From Aquificaceae bacterium (GTDB lineage: Bacteria > Aquificota > Aquificia > Aquificales > Aquificaceae), in NCBI GenBank assembly GCA_037924335.1, contig JAXSMZ010000001.1:123965-187964 (forward strand): 64,000 nucleotides of DNA. Reading direction: 5' to 3'. Position numbers and translations under genes: made by a program. The notes beneath the pieces were generated by a model. That model was not told where the DNA came from. It did no database searches and saw only the letters and a program-made list of their open reading frames with translations. Below, piece by piece: positions 9,313-18,855 of the stretch; the first letter of the stretch is position 1; the number at the start of each line of letters is the position of its first letter.

Positions 9313-12193
9313 ACTAAAGAATTTTACAGTTTATAAGAGGGAGCTGGAGATAGATTTTTCTGACCTTAACTTTTTTATTATACAAGGGAGAACAGGTTCA
9401 GGAAAGACAAGCCTGATAGACGCTATATGTTATGCCCTTTATGGAAAAGTTCCAAGACATAACAGGAGGGTAGGTATCCATGAACAGTTGCTCTCAAAGG
9501 GGCAAAGGAGTATGAGGGTCTACCTTGAGTTTTCTGTGAAGAGCAAAAGGTACGCCGTTGATAGAAAGTATGAGGTGTCTGGGAAGTCAGAGGTTAGATT
9601 TTATGAAGGTTCTAAGCTATTAAACTTAAGAGCTAGAGAAGTTAACGAACACATATCAAAGCTCATAGGTATGGATTACGATACGTTCACAAAAGTGCTT
9701 GTACTCCCTCAGGGGCAGTTTGATAAGCTCCTAAAACCAGAAGAGCCAAGGGAAAGAAGGGAAGTGCTCAACAGGATCTTAGGTTACGATGAGATATTCA
9801 AGAGAATAAACGAAATAGTAAGCAGGCAGGTAAACTCTTTTAAAGAAGAGGAGAAAAAACTTGATGCAGAGTACAACCTAACGAAGGACATAACTGAAGA
9901 AAAAGTCAACGAGTTTAAAAAAAAGCTTATGAGTATAGAGGAAAGGCATAAAGAATTGGAGGAAAAGAAAAGAAACCTTGAGAAAGAGTTGGAAAAGGCC
10001 AATGAGAAGGAGAGAAAGGTTAAGAGCATGGAAGAAAAAAAGAAGGAGCTTGAGAGCTTAGTTCAAGGGGAAGAGGAGGTCAAGAGAAAGGAGAATAAGC
10101 TCAGGTTGGCAAAAGAGGTATCCCAATACATACCCTATCTTGAACAGTACGATAAGAATGAAGAAAATTTGAAAGAGGTTAAGGAAGATAGAAGGAGGTA
10201 TGAGCTTCAGCTCAGAAGGTATACGGACGAACTGGAAAACATTAAGGAGGAGTTTTTAAAAGTAGAGCAGCAGTACATGGGTATAGATGACCTAACAAGA
10301 AGGACCACATTGCTTGAAAAGTTGGAGGGTGACCTGAAGGAGCTTTTGAGGATAAAAGAGGAGATAACTAAGAAGAAGAAGGAAAGAGATGACATACTCA
10401 ATGAAAGGGGGAAGATTCAAAGGGAGATAGAGGAGTTAGAGGAAAGGTTGAAAAAAGGGAAAGAATCCATAAAGGAAATGGAAGAGGAACTTGAAAGGTT
10501 AGAAAAAGTTAAGGAAGATTATGCAAAGGCAGAAGAATTAAAGAAGCAAGTGGACGACCTTTCAAAAAAAGAAGAAGAACTTGAAAAACTAAAGAAGCAA
10601 TGCGAAGAAGAAGAGAAAGAATTGAAGGAAATCCATCAAGATATACATAAAACTGAGGATAAACTGTTTGAAGCTTACATACATGAGGTCAGGTCAAAGC
10701 TATCAGTAGGTAGTCCATGCCCTGTTTGTGGCAGTAAAGTAAAGGAGGAGATCAAAACAGAGCCTTTAGAGATAGATTTGGAAGGATTGAAGATGCGTTT
10801 AGAGGGTCTAAGGAAAAAAGAAGGAGACTTAAACAAAAGGATAGGTATGAAAAAAGGAAGGATAGGAGAACTTTCAAGCCTAAGGAGGGAGATCTTAGAT
10901 AGAGTAGGAGACCCCAGCAGTTTTGAAATGCACTTTAAAGAGCTAAAGGAGAAGTACGAAAGAAGAAAGGAATTGGAAAGAAAAAAGGATAGAGCAGAAG
11001 AGCTATACAGGAAATTAGAGAGTGAAAAGTCAGGAAAAGAGAAGGAACTTGTAAGAGTAGAATCTGCCCTAAAGAACTTAGAAGAAGCAATCTGTGAACT
11101 TGGAAGGCGTTATGATGAAATAAAAAGTAGAGCTTCCGCAGTTTTTGGTAAGGAAATAACACACCCAGATTTGGACAGCCTTTATGTATCCAATGAAAAG
11201 AGAGAGATAGATAAGAAGATAAAGGAGATAAGAGAGAATTATAATAAGCTTAGAGATTATAAAGGGGAATTGGAAAGAAACATAGAGGGTCTAACTGCAA
11301 CTCTCCTGCAACTCATGGAGCGAGAAAAAAGGTTGAAAAAAGAAAGGGATGAGGTTTCATTAAAGCTTTATCCAGCCTTTAAAAGGTTTGGAGACATAAA
11401 CAAATTAAAAGAATTCTACCTTCCACAGGAAGAGATAAGCATGTTGGAAGAGGAGCTAAAGGATCATGAAATTAGAAGAAGAAACCTTGAAGAAGAGGTA
11501 GAAAGGCTTCAGGAAGAGATAAGAGGCTATCCAAAGGAGTTAGAAGCAAACATTATAAGGAAAGAGTTAGAAGATGTAAACATGGAACTTCAGAATTTAA
11601 ACCAGAGCATAGGCGCTTTACGCAAAGAGCAGGAAGATGCAGAAAAGAAACTGGAAAGGAGGAGAGAGCTTGAGAAGGACATTGAATCCATTAAAAAGGG
11701 TCTGCGCGTGTACGAGATAATAAAGAAAGACATGGAGAGCGATAAATTTCCTGAGTTTGTAAGCCAGCACATGCTCCGCATCATAGTAGAAAGAGCCAGT
11801 CACTATCTGCTTAAATTCAGCTCAGGTACCTACGAGTTTAAATTCTCCGATGGTGATCTATACGTCTTGGAAAGAACTACTGGGCACGAGAGGAGCGTGT
11901 ACACCTTAAGCGGTGGTGAGACTTTTCTTGCAAGCCTTTCTTTAGCCTTTGGAGTAAGTGATATAGTCTCCCACAATGCACCGCTTGAGAGTATATTCAT
12001 AGATGAAGGTTTTGGGTCATTGGACAGAGAAACTAGGGAATCCTTGGGAGATTTCTTTGAGTTCATAAAGTTAAACGCTGGAAGAATGGTTGGTATAATA
12101 AGCCATCTTGAAGACCTTGCTGAAAAGTTCGACCAAAGGATAATAGTGGAAAGAAGAGGGGACTTTTCGACCATCACTGTGGAGGTAAACTGA
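9293..12193 (+). CDS. sbcC: Exonuclease SbcCD subunit C (Rad50-like)
   Basis: Walker A GRTGSGKT, coiled coil, CPVCG zinc hook, LSGGE signature, IDEGFGSLD Walker B/D-loop. Confidence 0.95.
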   Translation: MRPILLRLKNFTVYKRELEIDFSDLNFFIIQGRTGSGKTSLIDAICYALYGKVPRHNRRVGIHEQLLSKGQRSMRVYLEFSVKSKRYAVDRKYEVSGKSEVRFYEGSKLLNLRAREVNEHISKLIGMDYDTFTKVLVLPQGQFDKLLKPEEPRERREVLNRILGYDEIFKRINEIVSRQVNSFKEEEKKLDAEYNLTKDITEEKVNEFKKKLMSIEERHKELEEKKRNLEKELEKANEKERKVKSMEEKKKELESLVQGEEEVKRKENKLRLAKEVSQYIPYLEQYDKNEENLKEVKEDRRRYELQLRRYTDELENIKEEFLKVEQQYMGIDDLTRRTTLLEKLEGDLKELLRIKEEITKKKKERDDILNERGKIQREIEELEERLKKGKESIKEMEEELERLEKVKEDYAKAEELKKQVDDLSKKEEELEKLKKQCEEEEKELKEIHQDIHKTEDKLFEAYIHEVRSKLSVGSPCPVCGSKVKEEIKTEPLEIDLEGLKMRLEGLRKKEGDLNKRIGMKKGRIGELSSLRREILDRVGDPSSFEMHFKELKEKYERRKELERKKDRAEELYRKLESEKSGKEKELVRVESALKNLEEAICELGRRYDEIKSRASAVFGKEITHPDLDSLYVSNEKREIDKKIKEIRENYNKLRDYKGELERNIEGLTATLLQLMEREKRLKKERDEVSLKLYPAFKRFGDINKLKEFYLPQEEISMLEEELKDHEIRRRNLEEEVERLQEEIRGYPKELEANIIRKELEDVNMELQNLNQSIGALRKEQEDAEKKLERRRELEKDIESIKKGLRVYEIIKKDMESDKFPEFVSQHMLRIIVERASHYLLKFSSGTYEFKFSDGDLYVLERTTGHERSVYTLSGGETFLASLSLAFGVSDIVSHNAPLESIFIDEGFGSLDRETRESLGDFFEFIKLNAGRMVGIISHLEDLAEKFDQRIIVERRGDFSTITVEVN

Positions 12194-13071
12194 TGGGAAT
12201 ACTTGACAGGTTTTTCAAAAAGAAGAAGAAAAAGGAAGAGAACCTTTGGACCAAATGCCCCGAGTGTAAAACCATACTCTACATACCAGAACTTTCCTCC
12301 AACCTTAGGGTATGCATAAGATGCAACTACCACTTTCCTATGAGCGCCAAAGACCGAGTTGAATCTCTTTTGGATGATAACGTTGAGGTTTTCTTTGAAA
12401 ACATTCTTCCACAAGACCCACTTAACTTCAAGGACACAAAGCCCTACAAAGAAAGGCTAAAGCAAGCTCAGGAGGATACGGGAATAAGCGAGGCTCTTTT
12501 AGTTGTGAGTGGGAAGTTAAAGGATACACAAGTGGTGCTAACTGTCATGGACTTTGGTTTTATCGGTGGAAGCATGGGGTCTGTAGTGGGAGAGAGGTTT
12601 TACAGAGCCTGTCAATTGGCTTCTTCTAAAGAATTACCTTTGATATCTGTAATAACTTCAGGTGGAGCAAGGATGCAAGAGGGTACGCTTTCTCTCATGC
12701 AGATGGCAAAAACTGCCTTAGGCGTTGGTTTTCTAAAAAGAAAAGGAGTACCCTACATAACAGTACTTGCAGACCCTACAATGGGAGGTGTGTCCGCCAG
12801 CTTCGCCTTCTTGGGAGACATAATAATAGCAGAACCAAGGTCCCTGATAGGCTTTGCGGGTCCACGCGTTATAGAGCAGACAATAAAGCAGCAACTGCCA
12901 GAGAGTTTTCAAAGGTCTGAGTTTCTCCTGGAGAAAGGCATGATAGATATGGTGGTTCACAGAAAGGACCTCAAGGATACTCTCCATAAACTTCTGAGGA
13001 TGACCACTCACTGGAAAGCCAAAGCTCAACGCTCAAACTCATGTCTATCCAGCGCGCCGAGTGAGTTATAA
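12193..13071 (+). CDS. accD: Acetyl-CoA carboxylase carboxyltransferase beta subunit (C-terminus possibly extended)
   Basis: CPEC...CIRC zinc finger, GGSMGSVVGE, SGGARMQEG, GFAGPRVIEQT. Confidence 0.96.
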   Translation: MGILDRFFKKKKKKEENLWTKCPECKTILYIPELSSNLRVCIRCNYHFPMSAKDRVESLLDDNVEVFFENILPQDPLNFKDTKPYKERLKQAQEDTGISEALLVVSGKLKDTQVVLTVMDFGFIGGSMGSVVGERFYRACQLASSKELPLISVITSGGARMQEGTLSLMQMAKTALGVGFLKRKGVPYITVLADPTMGGVSASFAFLGDIIIAEPRSLIGFAGPRVIEQTIKQQLPESFQRSEFLLEKGMIDMVVHRKDLKDTLHKLLRMTTHWKAKAQRSNSCLSSAPSEL

Positions 13072-13831
13072 AACCGCAGGATATATAATCCACGCCTTCT
13101 ATGGCATAGTCGAGTATGTTTTCCAAGTTTATGTTTCCAGACACCTCTATCTGAGTAGCCCCTTTGACTAAGCTTACAGCTTCTTTTACCATCTGTGGGT
13201 TAAAGTTATCGAGCATAAGGATGTCGACGCCGCACTGCAGAGCCTCTTCCACCTCCGAAAGGTTTTCCACTTCAACCTCTATCTTGTAAACCGGACTGAC
13301 CCTATCTCTTACTCTCCTGACAGCTTCTCTTATACTGCCAGCCACTTTTTTATGGTTGTCCTTTATGAGAACCATATCATAAAGGGCAAAGCGATGATTA
13401 GACCCACCACCAACTCTAACGGCATACTTTTCAAAGAACCTAAAGCCCGGCGTTGTCTTTCTTGTATCCAAAAGTTTTATCTTTGTTTTTTCAAGCTTAC
13501 TGACTACCCTGTTGGTTAATGTAGATATACCGCTCAGCCTCTGTAGTATGTTGAGAGCCAACCTTTCCCCTTTTAGTATTATATCAGCCTGACCTTTCAG
13601 AACTAAAATGTCCTCTCCCTCTCTAAACTTCTCTCCCTCATTCTTGGCAAAGACAACATCCAAACCACCTAAAAGTTCAAAGACTTTTATGGCAAAAGGT
13701 ACGCCAGAAAGCACTCCATCCTCCTTTGCCCTTATCCTCGCCCTTACTCTCTCACCCCTGAAGACCCCATCTGTAGTTATATCTCCCATCCCCAAATCTT
13801 CCTTTATGTAGCCCAGTAAGAGCTCCTCCAT
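12971..13831 (-). CDS. nadC: Nicotinate-nucleotide diphosphorylase (quinolinate phosphoribosyltransferase; C-terminus possibly extended)
   Basis: DTRKTTPG, NHRFALYD, IKDNH, MLDNF, SGNI motifs. Confidence 0.96.
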   Translation of the reverse strand: MEELLLGYIKEDLGMGDITTDGVFRGERVRARIRAKEDGVLSGVPFAIKVFELLGGLDVVFAKNEGEKFREGEDILVLKGQADIILKGERLALNILQRLSGISTLTNRVVSKLEKTKIKLLDTRKTTPGFRFFEKYAVRVGGGSNHRFALYDMVLIKDNHKKVAGSIREAVRRVRDRVSPVYKIEVEVENLSEVEEALQCGVDILMLDNFNPQMVKEAVSLVKGATQIEVSGNINLENILDYAIEGVDYISCGFITHSARWIDMSLSVELWLSSEWSSSEVYGEYP

Positions 13832-13859
13832 GCTATAATTTTAGCCAAAAATTGGGGGT

Positions 13860-15317
13860 ATGATGAAAGTACTTATGGTATGCTCAGAAAGCGCCCCATA
13901 CCTCAAAACGGGAGGGCTGGGAGATGTTGTCCATTCTTTATCAAAGGCTTTGGTAAAAATAGGTTACAGTGTGAGCGTCATCATGCCAAAGTACAAAAGG
14001 ATAAAGGTTGGTCTTAAAAGGGTAAGGGAGAATATGAAGGTATACATAGACCATGCGTGGAGAAGCTTCGACCTTTACGAAGACCTCAAAGATGGAGTTC
14101 GTTATCTCTTCGTTGACTATCCTCCTTATTACAACAGGGACTATCCGTACGCCTTGCCAAGTGGAGAGTACGAGGATAATGCTCTTAGATTTGGTTTTCT
14201 CGCTCTCTCTGGGTTAGAGGTCATAAGGGAACTACCCCTGAACCCTGATGTTATACACGTACACGATTGGCATGCATCCCTCCTACCCCTGTACAAAAAC
14301 CTTTACTACCAGGAGATAGATAGGGTGCCCGTGGTGCTAACCATTCACAACGCTATGCATCAAGGCATATTTGACAGCAGGTTTTTACCAGACCTTAACC
14401 TTCCATGGGATGTCTTTCATCCCTTTCGTGGCATTGAATTCTACGGTAAGATAAACTTTCTGAAGGCTGGTATCATTTTCTGCGATGTTCTCACTACAGT
14501 AAGCCCATCGCACGCTGAGGAGCTAAAGGAGGATGCATACGGCCTTGAGGGAGTCATAAGGGAGAAAAAGTACTTTTTTGGTATACTCAACGGCATAGAT
14601 TACGATGTGTGGAACCCAGAGACAGACCCTTACATAAGAGCTCATTACTTCATTAAAAACTTCAAGAAGAGAAAAGGACAGAACAAGGCTCATCTGAGGG
14701 AGGTCTTTGGCTTTAGCAAGGATGGAGAAAAGCTTCTTGTTGGAATGGTTGCAAGGCTAACATCTCAAAAAGGCTTTGACCTCATAGGGGGGATAATAGA
14801 CGAGGCTGTAAAAGAAGGGTTTGAGTTTGTTTTCCTTGGGTCTGGTGAAGACAGATACCAAGATATGCTCATTGGGTTTATGAAGAAGTATCCAGAGAGT
14901 GTAAGGGTTAGAATAGAGTACAACGAACAGCTGGCTCATCTTATATACGCTGGTAGCGATATATTCTTGATGCCATCTCTTTTTGAACCGTGCGGTATAT
15001 CCCAGATGATAGCCATGAGGTACGGTACAGTTCCTGTAGTAAGGAAAGTAGGAGGGTTAAAGGATTCTGTGATAGACTATATGGAAGACCCAGATGAAGG
15101 GAACGGTTTTGTCTTTAAAGATTACAACTCAAAGGAGTTGCTCCATGCTATGCTAAGGGCTGCAGTTCTTTACAACATGGAAAGGTGCAACGATGAAAAG
15201 GTTTGGTCTAAGATTATAAAAAGATGTATGTCCAAGGACTTTTCCTGGGAAAAGAGCTCAAGGGAGTACGAAAGAGTATACTCATCTGCCATACTGCTAA
15301 GAGGCTATGATTCTTGA
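13860..15317 (+). CDS. glgA: Glycogen synthase
   Basis: KTGGLGDV, HDWH, TIHN, PSLFEPCGISQ motifs. Confidence 0.96.
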   Translation: MMKVLMVCSESAPYLKTGGLGDVVHSLSKALVKIGYSVSVIMPKYKRIKVGLKRVRENMKVYIDHAWRSFDLYEDLKDGVRYLFVDYPPYYNRDYPYALPSGEYEDNALRFGFLALSGLEVIRELPLNPDVIHVHDWHASLLPLYKNLYYQEIDRVPVVLTIHNAMHQGIFDSRFLPDLNLPWDVFHPFRGIEFYGKINFLKAGIIFCDVLTTVSPSHAEELKEDAYGLEGVIREKKYFFGILNGIDYDVWNPETDPYIRAHYFIKNFKKRKGQNKAHLREVFGFSKDGEKLLVGMVARLTSQKGFDLIGGIIDEAVKEGFEFVFLGSGEDRYQDMLIGFMKKYPESVRVRIEYNEQLAHLIYAGSDIFLMPSLFEPCGISQMIAMRYGTVPVVRKVGGLKDSVIDYMEDPDEGNGFVFKDYNSKELLHAMLRAAVLYNMERCNDEKVWSKIIKRCMSKDFSWEKSSREYERVYSSAILLRGYDS

Positions 15318-15795
15318 ACTTGATGAACTTCTTAAAAATCTTGAGACTGTAAGGAGAGAAGGTAAAAGGATAGTTTTTACAAACGGTTGTTTTGATATAC
15401 TCCACGCTGGGCACGCTTATTACTTACAGAGAGCCAAAGAGTTGGGGGATATTCTGGTTGTAGGCGTAAACTCTGACAGCTCCATAAGAAGGATAAAAGG
15501 GGAAAAAAGGCCTATCATTCCCGAGCACATGAGGGCTTACCTTCTTGATAGCTTAAAACCTGTCGATTACGTTGTTATCTTTGAAGAGGACACGCCCGCC
15601 AATCTCATAAGGAGCATAAGACCCCATGTTCTTGTAAAGGGAGGGGATTGGACTTTAGAAAACATAGTTGGAGCTGATCTTGTACTTTCTTACGGTGGAG
15701 AGGTAAAGCTTTTAGACTTCTTCTTTGACGTATCCACCAGTAAGATCATAGAGAGGATAGTTGAGCTCTATAAGCCCAATGACCTTTCCAGGTGA
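15307..15795 (+). CDS. rfaE2: D-glycero-beta-D-manno-heptose 1-phosphate adenylyltransferase
   Basis: FTNGCFDILHAGH, GVNSDSSIRRIKG, VKGGDW, STSKII. Confidence 0.92.
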   Translation: MILELDELLKNLETVRREGKRIVFTNGCFDILHAGHAYYLQRAKELGDILVVGVNSDSSIRRIKGEKRPIIPEHMRAYLLDSLKPVDYVVIFEEDTPANLIRSIRPHVLVKGGDWTLENIVGADLVLSYGGEVKLLDFFFDVSTSKIIERIVELYKPNDLSR

Positions 15796-16349
15796 GAATC
15801 TATAGTTCTATCTATCTTCTCAGCTGTCTGTTTGTCTATCCTCAGCCTTTCCAAGTGTATTAGAGTACTCTCTGATAGTTTTCTAACCAATGGTCTTATG
15901 CTCTCCTCAAAAATTTCATCCCTGTATAGCCCAGCAGTCTTGAGCAAGTCTATCTTAAACCTGATAAGGGAAGGGTGTACATTCTTGACGTCCATGGACA
16001 GATAACTTATGAGTAAGTTAAAGATGTGAGGGTCGTAGTAACTTATCCATTTCTCAAAAAAAACCAAAACTGAGGACATCCATAAGAATCTTCTGTAATC
16101 GCTAGAAGCCAGATAGGACATGTAGTATACCTTTTCCACATCCAATGGGAGTATAACATCACCAGACTGTCTGTATATCAGACCTAAAAGGTTAAAGGGT
16201 TCAAAAACGCTTGCATAGCTGCTTTTTGGGAGAGCTCCATCCTTTACGTAAAGGTTCATCATGCCACTCCATCCGTACACCTTTACGAGCAGGTCTTCAT
16301 CACCCACAACCAATCTCCTTACTACCAGCGCTTTACTTTTTAAGGGCAT
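15768..16349 (-). CDS. recO: DNA repair protein RecO (short form)
   Basis: N-terminal OB-fold pattern (ALVVRR...GDEDLLVKVY...FEPFN); no zinc finger. Confidence 0.7.
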   Translation of the reverse strand: MPLKSKALVVRRLVVGDEDLLVKVYGWSGMMNLYVKDGALPKSSYASVFEPFNLLGLIYRQSGDVILPLDVEKVYYMSYLASSDYRRFLWMSSVLVFFEKWISYYDPHIFNLLISYLSMDVKNVHPSLIRFKIDLLKTAGLYRDEIFEESIRPLVRKLSESTLIHLERLRIDKQTAEKIDRTIDSHLERSLGL

Positions 16350-16350
16350 A

Positions 16351-16359
16351 TGTTATAAT
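16351..16359 (+). promoter_or_regulatory. Extended -10 promoter element upstream of panC
   Basis: TG-T-TATAAT, 23 nt before panC ATG. Confidence 0.5.
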
Positions 16360-16382
16360 TTACTACTTCCAAAGGAGAGAAG

Positions 16383-17246
16383 ATGCCAACATTGTTCAGA
16401 AAGGTAAGAGACCTTAAGAATTACATAAAAGGTGTAAAGAAAGAAAACAACAAGAGCATAGGCTTAGTTCCAACTATGGGTTATCTTCATGCAGGACACA
16501 TGGAGCTTATAAAAAGGTCAAAGGTCCAGAACGATATAACAATAGTGAGTATATATGTAAATCCCTTTCAGTTTGGGGCAGGTGAGGATTATGAAAGATA
16601 TCCAAGAGACTTAGACAGGGATCTATCATCATGCGAAGAGGCAGGCGTTGACGTAGTCTTTGCACCAACCGATGAAGAAATTTATCCAGAAGAACCCAAA
16701 GTAGAGATTCATGTCCCGGGTATAAGCGATGTTATAGAAGGAGTCTTCAGACCTGGTCACTTTAGCGGTGTAGCCCTTGTAGTCTTAAAGCTGTTCAACA
16801 TTGTAGAACCAGACAGAGCTTACTTTGGAGAGAAAGACTTCCAGCAACTGAAGCTAGTTCAAAGGCTTGTGAGAGACCTATCCTACGATATTGAGATAGT
16901 ACCGGTGTCAACTGTAAGGGATGAGGATGGATTGGCTTTGAGTTCAAGAAACGTTTATCTTAAGGATTATGAAAGACAGTCTGCCCTTTCTCTGTACAAG
17001 TCTTTTTTGGTAGCAGAGGGTCTTTTAAAATCCGGCAACAATCAGGCAAGGCTCTTAAAGGAATCCATTTTAGAATACATAAGTAAACACCCACACGTTA
17101 GCAGAATAGACTACGTTGAGATAGTTGACGATAATCTAAACATAAGGGATGGTGAAGTAATGCCGGGTGATAGGGTACTGGCAGCTGTTTGGATTGGCAA
17201 CACAAGGCTCATAGACAACTGGAGGTTTGGCAATGAAGAAGTATGA
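16383..17246 (+). CDS. panC: Pantoate--beta-alanine ligase
   Basis: [40 protein letters not shown]. Confidence 0.97.
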   Translation: MPTLFRKVRDLKNYIKGVKKENNKSIGLVPTMGYLHAGHMELIKRSKVQNDITIVSIYVNPFQFGAGEDYERYPRDLDRDLSSCEEAGVDVVFAPTDEEIYPEEPKVEIHVPGISDVIEGVFRPGHFSGVALVVLKLFNIVEPDRAYFGEKDFQQLKLVQRLVRDLSYDIEIVPVSTVRDEDGLALSSRNVYLKDYERQSALSLYKSFLVAEGLLKSGNNQARLLKESILEYISKHPHVSRIDYVEIVDDNLNIRDGEVMPGDRVLAAVWIGNTRLIDNWRFGNEEV

Positions 17247-17697
17247 AGGCCTTCTCAAAGCTGAGGGTACGAGCTTTTGTATAGTTGCCTCAAGGTTCAA
17301 TCATCTATTGGTAGACAGGCTTATAGAAGGTTCCATAGATTGTATACTAAGGCATGGTGGCTCTGAGGATAACATTCACTTGGTTAGGGTTCCAGGGTCG
17401 TGGGAGATACCCCTTGCTGTAAAAAAAGTTGCATCAAGGCGGGACATAGATGCTGTGATACCTTTGGGAGTTCTCATAAGGGGACAAACCCCCCACTTTG
17501 AGTACATAGCAAGCGAAGTATCAAAAAGCCTTGCCCTCATAAGCTTAGAGACAAACAAGCCCATAGCCTTTGGAATAATTACAGCCGATAGCCTTGAGCA
17601 GGCTATAGAGAGAGCTGGTACAAAACAAGGAAACAAAGGATGGGAGGCTGCCCTTTCTGCTATAGAGATGGTGAACTTGCTCAAAAGCTTTGGATGA
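17233..17697 (+). CDS. ribH: 6,7-dimethyl-8-ribityllumazine synthase
   Basis: [29 protein letters not shown]; SD GGAGG at 17221-17225. Confidence 0.97.
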   Translation: MKKYEGLLKAEGTSFCIVASRFNHLLVDRLIEGSIDCILRHGGSEDNIHLVRVPGSWEIPLAVKKVASRRDIDAVIPLGVLIRGQTPHFEYIASEVSKSLALISLETNKPIAFGIITADSLEQAIERAGTKQGNKGWEAALSAIEMVNLLKSFG

Positions 17698-18107
17698 TAT
17701 ACAAGGTCAAAGCTAGGAAGGATGCCTTTTTAATCCTTTATCAATGGGACATAAAGAACGAGGACATTGAGAACCTTATGGAAGACTATATAGCATCAAG
17801 CGGGATAAAGGATAGTGAGCACAGAAGGTACATAAGGAAGCTTGTGAGAACGTACATGAAAAACTCCAAGGAAGTGGACAGTATAATATCTGAGATGAGC
17901 GAAAATTGGAGCATAGACAGAATGGGCTACATAGAAAGAAACATACTAAGGGTAGCCACTGCTGAGTTCCTTTTCATAGGTGTTAAAAAGGTAAGAGCTG
18001 TAACTTTAGATTATGTAAAGCTTGCCATAAAGTATGCTGGAAAAGGCCCTGCAAAGTTCGTAAATGGAATACTGAATAAGGTTATGCAAGCAGGAAAAAA
18101 AGATTAA
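17694..18107 (+). CDS. nusB: Transcription antitermination factor NusB
   Basis: [24 protein letters not shown]; ribH-nusB synteny. Confidence 0.92.
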   Translation: MIYKVKARKDAFLILYQWDIKNEDIENLMEDYIASSGIKDSEHRRYIRKLVRTYMKNSKEVDSIISEMSENWSIDRMGYIERNILRVATAEFLFIGVKKVRAVTLDYVKLAIKYAGKGPAKFVNGILNKVMQAGKKD

Positions 18108-18313
18108 GCTTTCTTCTCTTCCTTCTGAACTTCCTCAGCTTTTACCTCCTTGGCCTTCTTCTCTTCTTCTATCTCACCAGACAGGGCCTTCTTGAAGTTC
18201 CTTATCCCTTCTCCCAAAGCTTTACCAGCCTCGGGCAATCTCGAAGCACCAAAAAGAAGGAAAACGATGAGTAGTATTATTAAGATCTCCGGTAAACTTG
18301 GAGCATGAAACAT
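18104..18313 (-). CDS. tatA: Sec-independent translocase TatA (copy 1)
   Basis: TM helix then [22 protein letters not shown] amphipathic helix. Confidence 0.95.
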   Translation of the reverse strand: MFHAPSLPEILIILLIVFLLFGASRLPEAGKALGEGIRNFKKALSGEIEEEKKAKEVKAEEVQKEEKKA

Positions 18314-18396
18314 GCTTATCCTCCTTTTGTCTCTTCCTTCTCTTCCTTTCCACTTTCACCAGACAGGGCCTTCTTGAAGTTCCTTATCCCTTCTCC
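18174..18396. repeat. 41-bp exact direct repeat shared by the two tatA genes (18174-18214 and 18356-18396)
   Basis: TCACCAGACAGGGCCTTCTTGAAGTTCCTTATCCCTTCTCC in both copies. Confidence 0.9.
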
Positions 18397-18492
18397 AAAT
18401 CCCTTTCCAAGCTCTGGCAACCTACTTGCACCGAATACAACAAACACTATAAGAAGTATCAGTATTAACTGCCAAGGCAGAGGAAAATGCAT
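18316..18492 (-). CDS. tatA: Sec-independent translocase TatA (copy 2, 58 aa; not in ORF track)
   Basis: Manual translation [58 protein letters not shown]; GGAGGT SD 8 nt upstream. Confidence 0.93.
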   Translation of the reverse strand: MHFPLPWQLILILLIVFVVFGASRLPELGKGFGEGIRNFKKALSGESGKEEKEETKGG

Positions 18493-18529
18493 TCTACTTT
18501 ACCTCCTTTTTTTTATTATAATCTTCCCC

Positions 18530-18558
18530 TTGACAAAAGCAAGGGCTTAGCTTATTAT
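18530..18558 (+). promoter_or_regulatory. sigma70 promoter of the cold-shock protein gene
   Basis: TTGACA, 17 bp, TATTAT. Confidence 0.7.
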
Positions 18559-18609
18559 TTTTGAAGGAGTTTTTGCTCCACAATTTAGTTTAAGGAGGTT
18601 TTTAGTTCC

Positions 18610-18819
18610 ATGGCACTCAAAGGTACTGTAAAGTGGTTCAGCAAGGAGAAGGGTTATGGTTTCATAACCCGCGATGACAATCAGGGGGATGTGTTTGTGC
18701 ATTTCTCCGCCATTCAGCAAAGAGGTTTTAAAACCTTGGAGCAGGGTCAGAAGGTAGAGTTCGAAATAGAGGAAGATACCAAGGGACCAAGAGCAAAGAA
18801 CGTAAGACTCTTGAGCTGA
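18610..18819 (+). CDS. Cold-shock protein (CspA family)
   Basis: GTVKWF, KGYGFI (RNP1), DVFVHFSAI (RNP2). Confidence 0.97.
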   Translation: MALKGTVKWFSKEKGYGFITRDDNQGDVFVHFSAIQQRGFKTLEQGQKVEFEIEEDTKGPRAKNVRLLS

Positions 18820-18826
18820 CCCAGAG

Positions 18827-18855
18827 AGCCCCTTTTGGGGGCTTATAATTTTTTT
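18827..18855 (+). terminator. Candidate intrinsic terminator after csp
   Basis: AGCCCC-TTTTG-GGGGCT stem followed by TATAA and a T run. Confidence 0.6.

Noticed and set aside
9850-11700. Highly repetitive GAA/AAG-rich DNA
   Set aside because: Explained by the Glu/Lys coiled coil of SbcC; no discrete repeat unit.
18610-18819. Cold-shock protein (and DEAD-box helicase at 60005-61102) in a presumed thermophile
   Set aside because: Both families are routine RNA chaperones in thermophilic bacteria; not unusual.
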